A stretch of 64,000 bases of DNA from Octopus sinensis (lineage: Eukaryota). Below, piece after piece: positions 1-29,919 of this stretch. Every line of letters starts with the position of its first letter. The first letter of the stretch is position 1. The stretch is from positions 89,900,001 to 89,964,000 of the forward strand of contig NC_043001.1 of the NCBI RefSeq assembly GCF_006345805.1. Reading direction: 5' to 3'. The position numbers were made by a program, and so were the translations under genes. Under the pieces are notes generated by a model. It searched no databases, was not told the DNA's origin, and saw only the letters and a program-made list of their open reading frames with translations.

Positions 1-641
1 ATCTATCATTATTATCGTTTTAATGCTCATTTTTTCCATGCTTGCATGATTCATACAAGACTTGTGGCAGATTTTTCTACAGTTGGATGCTCTTCCTGTC
101 ACCAACCATCATGTTTACAAGAAAGGTAATGTTTCCCACAGTCCTTGAAAAATGAACAGTTGGTTAGCTGAACCATGCTTTCACAGAGGAGTGTGAATAA
201 GTGTTTGTATGACAGTAAATTTGGTTTGCAATTAGCATGCACATCAAGATAATGGGGAAAACACCTATATAAGACATAGGTGCAAGCATGGGTATGTGGT
301 TGAGAAGCTTGCTTGTCAACCATATGGTCTTAGTTATAGCCTTGTGGATGTATGTATGAAAACTAGAAGGCCATCATATATATATATATATCAACAGATG
401 AAATCCAGAGGTTCTTAGTACAGAAAACAGTAGCACTCAAATGAATCAATCTTAGACTCTGATGTCTTTACAAGGGACCAATTCCACAAGGTAAAGAGGA
501 GCTATAAGAGGAATCTAGGTGAGCAGATATGGAGGCAATTATGCAGATAAACAAATTATATATAACAGCTTGGGTTTGATATATAATTGCATATATATAT
601 ATAAAGTACATAATTAATGATCATTTGTTTAAAATTCTAAA

Positions 642-1082
642 TCTATACATATAAAGCTGAAGTTGTCTCTGTGTGTGTGGCAGGTTTGGTAGCCTTCAAC
701 TAACACTATCTCCTCCGAGACCCTGTGGCGCAAGTTGACCAAAATTAAGAGTATGATAGAAGAAGGCTTGCTCTTCATTCCATAGATGAAACAATTCAAA
801 TCGGACCATGTTAAGACAAAAAATTATTTACATCAAAAAGGTGCTTTTTTTCTATGAAAATCCCTATTTTTTATGATATTTTGACTGCTGTGTTGCCATT
901 TTTCGGTGTATTTCAACCAGAAAAATGTTCACTTAAAGAGAAAACAAAGCTATATAATGCAAAATTTTTACTTTTCGAAAAAGATTGAAACTATGTCAAA
1001 ACTTTGTTAACGCGACATCAAAGTCTGCCGTTTTAAGCGCAACTAAAAAACAAACCCAAGCAACACCGGGCTATACTGCTAG
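642..1082 (+). mobile_element. non-autonomous Helitron
   Basis: Starts A|TC, ends CTAG|T with a short subterminal GC stem (CCC...GGG in cccaagcaacaccggg); no TSD. Confidence 0.65.
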
Positions 1083-3540
1083 TTTTAAATAAAGCTGTTG
1101 TAAATTAAATTACAAGACGGTCACTAAATTATATACCAACCCAATATATATATATATGTGTGTGTGTGTGCATGTTTTGTAATACGATGGTTTTGAACAA
1201 CATCACCCTCAAATGATATTGTCCTGTGAAAAATGTCTGTCCATGGAGAAATATTACCTTACTTGGAAGCAGATGAGGGTTGGCAACTGGAAGGGCATGT
1301 AGCCACCAAAAATTCACTTCAACAAATCCTATTTGATCTGTGCAAGCATGGAAAGGTGGATATTTACCATTACAACAGATGTGATAAGAGAATAGAAAAA
1401 AAATATTGGTATAAAATTGCCAGTAAATCAGGATAAAAATACCTTGTATTTATTTTTCCCCAGTTCACATAGAAACCCTGATTGTTGGTCTTGTAACTGG
1501 GAATGCAGTAAAGCAGGTGATTGCAGAAAGTGCACGATATAAATTAAAAATATAGATGTGTGTGTGTATATATATATATACACACACATTTGTGTTGCAA
1601 GATTCCTGATGTGAAACTGTGTTAAAATAGATACTGTATTTCGGGATGGTATCTTTTTTATTTTGCCAAATAGAACAGAATGGACTAAGCGAAGCAGGAG
1701 CACACACGAGGATGGAAAATTCCACGAAAGATTTCCAGACAATGGACATGAGTTAAAATAACAGTAATAAACGAGTGAAGAACGAATATATAGTGTGTGT
1801 GTGTTTATTTGGCAAGAAAGAAAAAAAAAAAAAAAGACTATCCCAAAATACAGTATATATATATATATCCTAGACAATTTCTAATCAGTTTCACTCTTTT
1901 CACGCTTGTCAACTGTAGCTTGTACTCTGGAAATGTACTAACAACCTAAACAATACATATATATGTATATATCCACACACACACAACACTGAAATTCATA
2001 TATATATATACCTTCAGTGTTAACTGTCAAAGAAAAGAGTACTCAATACCATATTAGAGATTAATGATATATATTACTTTGGCTGAATCACTCATGGGTG
2101 CACAGGGTCTTGAGGCAAGTTATAATGTAATAACTTAGCTGAAGATCCTATGCACCAACAGGTGAAACTCAGAATAGCAAGAAACTAGCTCAACCAAAAT
2201 TACATATACACATACATAGAGTTCGAAATTGTACAAAAAAAAAAAAAATTACAGCTGACAGCCAACCAAAGATTTGTGAGTGGATTTGGGAAACTGAAAG
2301 AAGCCTTTCATAAGTATGTGTGTTTGTCTCCCACCCCCACTGCTGGTGTGTTTAACTGTGGTTTGAAAAAAGATACTGATTGAATAAGTACTAGGCATAA
2401 AAAAAAAAAAAATCAGTCCTGGGGTCAATTTGTTTGACTAAAACTTTTGAAGGCAGTGCCCCAGCCTAGCCAAATGACTGAAACAATATATATATATATA
2501 TGTGTGTGTGTGTGGATAAACAAAAGAAAGTGATGAAGGACAGAGGTTATATGCCCCAACATCTATTCAGAGACCAATCATAAATTTATATTATTATCTC
2601 ACTGAAACATTACCTGGGGAAGCAACATTAATCTCTGTTCACAATTGGACAATCTGAATTTAAATAAACGTCTGCTTCCCAGGCACATGATTTCAGGTTC
2701 AGTCCCATTGAATGGCACCTTGGAGCAACAGGTGAGATCAAGAGATGCTCAGTTTAGAAAACATGTAGTGCTTGAGTCTTTATCAATGCCTAGGTCCAAG
2801 AGGTAAAGAGTGGCTATAAGGGAAATCCAAGTGAGCTCATATGGAGATAGTGATGGAAATAAACATGATTTGGCATGATACACACAGATATATATATATA
2901 TAACATACATATGTATGTATATATATATATATATATATAAAATTATGTGTTCTCTTAGTTTTCTATATTTTTTTGTACTCCGTGTTAAAAGTAAATTTGT
3001 TAATATACATAAATATCTATATAGTACATGTGTTTAACTTCTGAAAATATTTAGCTTTTGTATCTATATCATGCTGATCTGCATCACTGTCTTCTGTAAT
3101 ATATATTGTGTGTGTGTGTGTGTGCACGCACATGACCATGTCTTGATATTCTATTTACTCCTTCATACAAGTTCATTTTCAGTCTTCTGTGGAAACCAAT
3201 GAGGCTGGTTACATGGAGGGTATCTGTCTGATCCATGTAGGAACGGAAAAGTGGAGGTTAGAACAATAGTGACAGTGAAGATGTTATCTGGCAGCTCACT
3301 GCCTTGAGTGAACTATCAATTCCCATGGATTGTTTTGCTTAACATTGTTGTAACACACTGAAAATATCTATCACTATATATATATATATATGTATACATA
3401 CATATACAAACACAAACATGTAAATACACATACACACTCTTAGCCAGGAGTGTGCTAGGTCACGGTATAAACCATACATGACAAACCTTGAGTGGATTTG
3501 CTAGATAGAAACTGAAACAAACCAATATGTATGCATGCAC

Positions 3541-3574
<34 letters not shown>

Positions 3575-4110
3575 CACACATGTGTGTGTCCTTTGTCTTG
3601 ACGTCATGCAAGTTGTATATGAGCATCACGTTCACACAAATGGTGCTGTTCATTTTCAATCTTCTGTGAGAAAAAAATTCTTTACTTCGAAACAGGTGGA
3701 GGATGTTAACAGGAAGAGCATCCAGCCATAAAAAAATCTGCAATAAATTCCATTTAACTCATGTAAGTATGGAATAATGGACATTAAAATGATAATGATG
3801 TTATATGATTACTAATGTTGAATTATCTATCACCATGAATCATTTGGCTCAATACTAACATACTGAAAATATTTAGCTCTACAGTTGAATTTAATGCTGA
3901 GTTCTTGGTTATCAACGATTTAACCCTTTTACTGTATAAACCAGATACATCTAATCAAAAATTGTATTACTCTTAACTGCAGGAAGAAATTTTATATACC
4001 AGTATATCTTTTGTTAAGGAATATCATGTTTTAAACTATATTTGTTGAGTTATGACAAGTTTACTGAGGCAACTTATAGAAAAATACCAACTCTACTTTT
4101 CAGTAGATAT

Positions 4111-4319
4111 TTAACCCATTAGCACTTAAACTGGCCATATGCAGCCCGAATATATTCTACCTGACAAGCCAGATCTGGCCTATCACATTTATTATTATTA
4201 TTCTAAAAATAAATGATCACATCATTGAAATCTTGAAGCTTCAAGATAATGCACAATTAAAATAATGTGAATAAATAAGCATTGCATTTGACAGAATAAT
4301 CTAAATGCTAAGGGGTTAA
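4111..4319 (+). mobile_element. TTAA-flanked piggyBac-like MITE
   Basis: TTAA|CCCATTAGCA...ATGCTAAGGGG|TTAA termini; a related copy is at 5845-6027. Confidence 0.55.
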
Positions 4320-5844
4320 TTGCATTATTAAAATAACCGTAATATTTAATTTCCCAGATAAGGGTAGAGAGCTTTAGTCTCTAAGCTTATTGGCATAGCT
4401 AGTGTGAATGTGCTGCTTGTGTAAGCTCTTCAATGTCATCCTTACAGGAAACCTTTAAGTGCCACACCCATAAAAATATCATCCTGGGCAGATCTCCCCA
4501 CTCCTGGCTATACTACAGATGGTCAAATGGTTCATTTTGGTATCCCACGGTGGAATCTTAAAAGAGTTTTATCATAACCTTGGGTTGACAAGCCTTGTTA
4601 AAGTAGTAAATAGAAAACTACAAAGGTGCCTATCAGATGTCTTCTGCACTTTGAATTTAAAAAGGTCCCACCATATTAGATTGCACCTTTTTAAAGTAAT
4701 TCTCAAACAGAATCAGTCACTTCTGTGCAGTTTAAAATAACTGACTACTTAAGATCAAAAGTCATTTATGTGCACACATAACCAGTGTTTTAATTTCTAC
4801 CTTTCTATGCTTACATGGGTCAGACAAAACTACATTGGAGTAGAGCTTTTTTCTTCTTTTTATATAATTGTAAGCTCTTCCTTTGCCAAGTAAAGTAATA
4901 AGTTACCCAACCAATGAAACTGAACATAGTTTTAAGCACAGAACAAGAAACAAATAAACATCCTTTGAATGTGCCTTTTGTTTACAGAAGATTGAGCAAC
5001 ATGCCCACAAGCCTGAACATGGTTTTGCAGTGGTCTGCAAGCAGACATGTCTTGTATTAACAATGATTTGCCTTTGTTTACAAAAGCAACAAAGTGTAAA
5101 GACAGCAGGAAACATGGACTCACTCACTCATACATGTGCAACAGACTTCTCCATTTTCTATCCACCAATTTCACTGGTATTGGTTGATTCACAGCCATAG
5201 TATAAGACATGACCTGACAATATTCATAGAGGAACTGAACTCTCAACCATGTGATTCTGAAATGAACTACTTAACTATAAAGTTATGCCTGTGCATATAT
5301 AGCACAATTTCCTTTTCTTCTTTCCTCTTTTCAACACAAAATTGTATTTGTCACCATATAATCCCCAAATTTTCAGTTTTAGTTCTAAATACTAGTTTAT
5401 TTTCTCAGACCAATATTTTCATGGAGATATTTTTCTCAAAATATTTCTGATGTACTCCAAGTAGCACTATCTATGGGTAGGAAATGAAAAATGGTGCTGT
5501 CTTAAATATTTCATTACATTAAATTATTTAAAAGAAACCAAAGTTCTTTGACAAACAAGGTTTCTGAAAGATGGGCCATCACCTGATGCTGTAACAATAA
5601 TATTGCATTTTTGTAAAGCTTTTTGCAACCTTTAATAATATATTAACCCTTCTGTTACCATATTTCAGTTGAAATACACAACCTATGTTTCAATTAATTT
5701 CAAAACTAATTAAGAACTTACTTAAAATAGCTGTAATTATTAAGCTGGTGTTTGGGACATAAATAAACATGAAATTTTGATGGAAAATTTCAATCTGGAT
5801 CACTTTAAAGCAAGAAGTTTATATCATTAAACAAGGGGGCATTC

Positions 5845-6027
5845 TTAACCCCTTCAGATCACTCAGCCAAATCTAATGCTTATTTTATTTATTCATTGTT
5901 TTGAATTATGTATTATCTTGTAGTTTCAAAATTTCTGATATTATTTTCAGAATAATACCATAGGGTATGAGAAGTAAGTGCAGAATATTAAAGCCAGATA
6001 TGGCCAGTTTAAATGCTAAATGGTTAA
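5845..6027 (-). mobile_element. TTAA-flanked piggyBac-like MITE, opposite orientation
   Basis: Reverse complement aligns with 4111-4319 (ttaaccatttagcatttaaactggccatat...). Confidence 0.55.
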
Positions 6028-6606
6028 GAGACAAACCATCAATCACTAAACTACAGAAACTATAATATTCCATAACATTAAAACCCCTTCCTAGTACACT
6101 GAAAGCTACTTAGGAATACTCCACTGCCTAAAAAAAAAAAGAAAAAAAAACTATCAATATAAAAACTTGTCATCTGCCTAACAATGAAGCTAGTCATTTG
6201 CCTAAATCACAATCCAACCTTAGACTTAAAAAAGACACACAAAAAAAAAAAGTAAACTGCATTGAAATATTGGTGCTTTGTTACAAAAGTAATGAAACAG
6301 AATTATGTTTTGTGTTTATAAAATGTATGAGCAGTTGGTAAAGCTTAATATAATCCCATTTGGAAGAGGTATTTAACTGCTAGTCAGAGAAAAATATCAC
6401 AAAGTAATTCTATAAGAACCGGTCTCAATGATTTCATGTATAACAGACAACATAATCAAAACAATTTTCCAATTGTAATTTCTCATAAAAATACTGGAGT
6501 AAAAAAAAAAAAAAAAGTGGGAAGGGAAAAGAAAAAAAAGGTGGGGTCTCCTCCTTTCATTGATTATCCAGTTGAAAAGTTCAGACTTTGTTTTCAAATG
6601 TCAAAT

Positions 6607-6612
6607 TTTATT
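6607..6612 (-). terminator. candidate distal polyadenylation signal AATAAA
   Basis: AATAAA in UA-rich context followed by a U-rich tract about 70-110 nt downstream. Confidence 0.35.
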
Positions 6613-9600
6613 TGATATATATTATATACACATATATAAAAATTTCAAAACATTGAAAAAGTTGGGTCAACTAATATTGTTAAATGTTATTATTATCAGT
6701 GTTATCAGCTGATTTTTTTTTTCTTGACAAACTATTTCCTATGAAAGGTTACTAGAGAAGGAGCAAAGTAAGGTTGAGAGCAACAAACTAATACTTCCAT
6801 TGGGCACTGGAGTAATAAAAAAATTTAAAAAGAAAAAAAAACTAAAAAATGTAAAAATAAAAATGGAAAACAAACGAAATACCCTGCAGTAAAGCAGTGA
6901 TTTGGAGCAGGCTAACAGCATCCAATCAACCCTGTCTATGACAAGAGTTTGAAAAACTCAAACTCTTAAGAACTACAAAGATATAACCGAGCATATTTTT
7001 GGCAGGGTGAGCCTTGCATACATTCACACATACTACCGATTCCATTCTTACAACGTAGGAGAAACGTCAGAGTCCCAGTACCTGCCCCTCCAGTTTCGGT
7101 CTTTGCCTATGTCTGCAAGGAATAATCTAATTGGGGAGGGCGGCCAAGGGAGACTCTTTAGCTGTTGACATGCTAGATGGTAGAAAAATTCAAAATGCTA
7201 GAAACATTTAATACCTGCATATTGAATGGAATTAAAAATGGATAAAACTAGGCAAGAATTTCGGAAATGTAAGTATTTTGATACTTACAGATCTAAAAAG
7301 AAAAAAAAAAGAAAGAAAAAGAAAATGGTGATGTAGAAGTGAAGCTGGACAAATAGAGCAATTTTGAAAGGTGAACAGCAAGAGTTGAGGCCAATTCAGG
7401 CAATTGAACATCTGTAAGCAGCTGACCAGAGCTCAAAGGCCATGAAAGGAAGAGAGAGAGAGAGAGATAACACATTAGGTTAAACCTCAAGCCAGTGGAA
7501 CAAAGCTGTAGCAGTATTGGGCTGCCAGAGTAGCCAAGGAGAAAACAGTAGCTGCCTTAATGTCTCACTAAAACAGCTAGAGAGACCAACTTGTAGCCTG
7601 CTAGGGAAGGTGAAAAAGGTGGGGATGGGGAGGGAAGGGTTTGAAGAGGACACACCACTAGCAAAAGCTGGACGATGTATTTGACCCAGGTTTTCCACTA
7701 GAAAAGATTCAGTAAAGCTGCACAGACAAGCAAAAAGTTCAAACTCTTTATTTACCTTCAACTGTTAATACATTTGCAGGATCACAAGCACTAAAAAATG
7801 GTGCAGCATTACAGCAGCAAGTTGAGAGTTCAGTTTTAAAAAAAAATATATATATATAATACATGATATATATATATATACACACACATACATATATATG
7901 TATATATATATATATATATATATGTGAAAACAACAAAATCTCAATAATTTTAAGATATATTGAGATTCAGTAAATTAACAAAAATGAAATAGCCAACAAG
8001 TAACAATTTTCTTTCCTTTCAACTTGTGCTTGGTATTCTGTACAGGTTCACTGAATTAAGAGTAAGATTAAAAAAAAAAAGAAAAAACTGGAAACAACTC
8101 CTACATGGCACCAACTACAAAAACGGTTTAGTAGATTTAGTTACTGTCTGGCCAGTTCTTTAGATGCACACTGTAGCTCCAGTTGCTTCAATACAACTGC
8201 TAAGTGATCGTAACACCAAGCTTCTGGAAAATAGTCTGGGACTTCTCCTTTGGGAGAAGATTTTCAAAGCAATCAAGTTACAAGGAAGCTTGGTTTGAAC
8301 TAAGCCCACTACAGTGGCAACAGTCAGCTAAAAGTTCTTGGCAAGAAGCAGAGAATTTTTAAGAGTAGAGAGCTAAGGATGTTACAATATTCAAAGCTTC
8401 AGATTAAGTTAGACGTCAAAAGTGGCAATGCTTATCAAGTGTCTTAAAAAAATTCCTATCACCAAAACAATAGATGCCGCAGATAAAGTCAACACCATTT
8501 TCCCCCACTTTTGGAAAAAAAAAATTATATGTAAGAGACCAACCACAGAAAAAAAATGAAAAAATGCTGGAATCCAATTGTTCCACCACAATATTTTAAA
8601 TAAATTATAAAAAGGAATTTAAAATGTTTTGAAAGTAATATTCCTTGAATTGCTAAAGCTCCATAGAAAATGGGTAACAGTTATGGGGTAGATAGTAGGA
8701 TCCATTGATGTCATTGTTCAACAACAGGACACTAACTTGAGTATGAAGCCTTCATCAGGACAGGTGAAATAAAATAGTGGATTGTTGGTCTGAAGGAAAA
8801 AACAAAACAAAAACAAACAAAATGGAAAAAAACAGAAGCAGGACAAGGTGGAGAAATGGAGGAGAAAGTTGATGAAAACTGGCGATGTCAATGTAATTAA
8901 GGTCAACTAGAATGCTGACAAATAGCAGAAAGTTAGCGACTCAGATGGGATTGATGGAAAGGAAGAAAAAAGATGGAGGAGCAGGGCAGCAGGAATATAC
9001 TGACTAAACATACAGAAGGCAGTAGTTGACGTAAAATGTTTTATTTCACTTAAAATTGACCAAGAAACAGGCAATTCTTCAACTAGCCAATGGATGCCAC
9101 TTTCTACACCTACATAACACCATTAACAACCGTTTGAAAGCTATGCTACCAGCTTTCCAGTTTTACAATTCTCATCTGTTGGATAAGACTAGCATACGGC
9201 ATGTCTGTGCTGCACGAAATATCCTTGCAGAAGTAAGGCCGCTAGTATTGTTATTAGCCCGTCGTCCCTTTGGTCTAGTAAAGCAAACTCCAGCTAGCTG
9301 GAGTTTCTATGTACACAGTTCTACTGGAGAAATAAAACAATATACACACACATACACACAGTCTTTCCAGAGTTTTCTGCCTTTCTTCTCCATTTTATGG
9401 TAGTATGCATTTTTCTTGTTTGACGAATAGACGGATTTTGGAGAGTTCAACAACACTAGGTCAGCCGTCACCTCGCCAAGCCTCTTAGATTCCTGTACAT
9501 TAGCTGGCCTGGGATGAGGGGACTGGAATGTTGAGTGATTCGGAAAGCTTGTATGCCTCACCTGTAACATACTAAGAGGCTTGCCAGGATGTACACCCTA

Positions 9601-10663
9601 ACTCAGTCGAGGAACGACAAAGAAAAATGAAAAAAGAAAAAAAAAAACATAGAAGCAGAGGGCTGCCTTTTAGACCCTTTCCCTAACTGCATCAGAGGGA
9701 AAGAGAGTGAGAAAGAGCGGGAGGATGGGACAAAAACAATTGAAACAAAACCCTTTAAGACATTAACTTTAGCTACTGTGGCTTGAAAAAAATGGTCAAT
9801 GGGAATATCTAAAAGTGATTTAACAGAAATAGCATTTAAATGTCAAAAAATAAAAAAACTGGATTGCCATTCCCATAACTAGTATCTTGCAGCATGCAAA
9901 TGAAGATGTTAAGACTAGCATCCAGAATATTTTGTCCATGTGCAGATTTCTATCCAAAGACTGATCAACACACTGTCTACATTGACCATATACACCCACC
10001 CAACCTAGCAAGATGGCACTGTCAACTGGAGGAGTTGGCATCCAATATAAAACCGTGCTACCATTCTGATGATAATTTGAAGCCACCGACATGAGGCGAT
10101 CTTAAATCCAAATACTTTTCATTTTAGATCTTGCATACTTTAAAAAGATTGATACCCTGGATTATAAATTGAAGTACCAGGCATAACCATTGACTTTTAG
10201 GGGGAAAACATTTTGTTCAGGTGAGAATAATCTCAGCCAAAGAAACAAGAAAAATTCTTAAAAACTAGTTGATCTTAAGTGCGACTACAAAGAAAAACAT
10301 TAATAAAGTGGCTCCTGAGTAACCAAAGGAGATAAGGAAGGGGTTAGTGATGAAGGACTATTGTCCAAACTGGCTGTCAGACAGCTAAGAAAATGCTAAC
10401 CCATTACATGCAAATATTCACCTTTTAGTACTGCAGTTGATAAAGTGGGAGCAAATTAAACTTTCCAACTTAAAAGTATTTTAAAATTTTATTATTCATC
10501 CAGGATTTGTAGTAAACTTGTAAAGTGTATAAGTGACATATTATTAGGTGTTTTTTTTTCTGAGTGATAATATTAAAAATGAAAATCCATGCTAGCAAAG
10601 GTACCACAGTATTGATGGAATTAGTTCAACAGAAATTATCTGAACTAATGTAACAAAGCTTGT

Positions 10664-10669
10664 TTTATT
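10664..10669 (-). terminator. candidate proximal polyadenylation signal AATAAA for ATP1A
   Basis: First AATAAA I found on the sense strand, about 430 nt after the stop codon. Confidence 0.4.
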
Positions 10670-11101
10670 ATAAAATGGCCAGGCTTCTCAGACTGACTGA
10701 CAGTGCATCGTGTACCAGTGGGGTTTCAGGACACTACACAATATGTGCTTATCACCAGAATAAATACTCATCTCCCAAAAGCTAGTATTTTCTACGAATT
10801 AGGTCAAGTATGAGTCTTTGCTGGATTACTGGTCTTTGTAGATCTCCACACAGACACTCACCCTGTTTGCTCAGACATACAATGTACATAGGCTCTCATG
10901 TTGCTCTCACGCGATGAACCAGAAGATAATTACAGTTATCCTCAATATATTCAGAGTTCTCTTGAATATGTTTTTGTGAACGGAGGGAAAAGGAAAAAAA
11001 ATTAGGAAATAATTGTAAAAAATTGTGCCGCACAGCCCCGCATTCTGGTTCTTTTTTTTTTTCTTTTGAAATTTAAATTTTAGACTAATATGGCACAATC
11101 C

Positions 11102-28559
<17,458 letters not shown>

Positions 28560-28779
28560 CTCTAAGTGTAAGAATGACGAATAAATGTAGAAGTAATGTA
28601 ATTTAGCTATCGGTAATGATCGGTACTTTCCGTAGTGATCGACAAACGTAATCGTGCTAATAGTAGCGAAGGCACGAGAAACGGGTGGGGGCTAGCGCTC
28701 CGGTGACTGACGGAATATACCGAAGATAGCTAGCTCACACTTAGGAAAATACGGCGATGGTGGTGGTGGGGGGGAACCA

Positions 28780-29182
28780 TTCTCTCTCTCTCTCTCTTTC
28801 TCACTTTTTCTCTCTTACTCACACTCTCTCTCTTTCTCACTTTTTCTCTCTTACTCACACTCTCTCACTTTTTCTCTCTTACTCACACTCTCTCTCTTTC
28901 TCACTTTTTCTCTCTTACTCACACACTCTCTCTCTTTCTCACTTTTTCTCTCTTACTCACACTCTCTCTTTCTCACTTTTTCTCTCTACTCACACTCTCT
29001 CTCACTTTTTCTCTCTTACTCACACTCTCTCTCTCTTTCTCACTTTTTCTCTCTTACTCACACTCTCTCTCTCTTTCTCACTTTTTCTCTCTTACTCACA
29101 CTCTCTCTCTTTCTCACTTTTTCTCTCTTACTCACACTCTCTCTTTCTCACTTTTTCTCTCTTACTCACACTCTCTCTCTCC
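28780..29182. repeat. CT-rich minisatellite, about 11 copies of a 28-38 bp unit
   Basis: Core CACTTTTTCTCTCTTACTCACAC separated by variable (CT)n spacers. Confidence 0.9.
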
Positions 29183-29902
29183 TTTTCTGTATATGTATGT
29201 ATGTATATGTAAATGTATATATGTATGTATTGCAGAAGTGTCTCTATATATAAACGAATGAGATGTGACCCTTTGCAAACACACACATACACACATACAC
29301 GCACATATACGCATACACACAAGCATTTATATTTGTATTTTTTTACTTTCTTTCGTAATATTTTGGACAATTACATTTTGTAAGAAAGAAAAGAATCGTA
29401 GCATAATCAACACTCCCCCCACTAAAAAAGCAAAAACAAAAAGACCAATGGTTTTAACTCGCTAAATTTTAATAGTTGGATCGTAAAGAAATCTATTTGT
29501 TCCGACCTCTCTCTCTCTCTCTCTCTATTTATCTATCTATCTATTTTGTATACACGAAACTCTACTGCCCGAACAACAACGGTTGATATATTGGAAATGT
29601 TTTGCATTTGTTTAATTATTTAATGCTACAAATCTATATAAAATATGTAGTTTTTATTTATTAGTTATTAAGCAAGCGCGACATCAAATAAGAGTAGGAG
29701 AGTTTGTATAACAGTGATGATAATGATGATGATGATGATAATAATACTACTGGTGGGTGGGGTGGGTGGTTCAATGACATGAGAGGTGGCGGAGATGGTA
29801 GTGAGATGAGAGAGAGGGAGAGAGAGAAAGAAAAAGAGAGAGAGAGAGAGAGAGAGCTGCAAAAGAGGTGGATGAGGGAATGAAGGTGAAGATGATGTTG
29901 GT

Positions 29903-29919
29903 CACGTGCAAACCACGTG
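29903..29919. promoter_or_regulatory. tandem CACGTG E-boxes upstream of ATP1A
   Basis: gtCACGTGcaaacCACGTGat, about 1.35 kb 5' of the ATG. Confidence 0.35.

Noticed and set aside
8735-8770. Minus-strand CTGATGA motif as a third hammerhead
   Set aside because: The GAAAC half of the core is missing and stem II is poor; at most a dead Penelope-like relic.
28780-29182. Regularly spaced repeat resembling a CRISPR array
   Set aside because: The spacers are only (CT)n variants, the DNA is eukaryotic and there are no cas genes.
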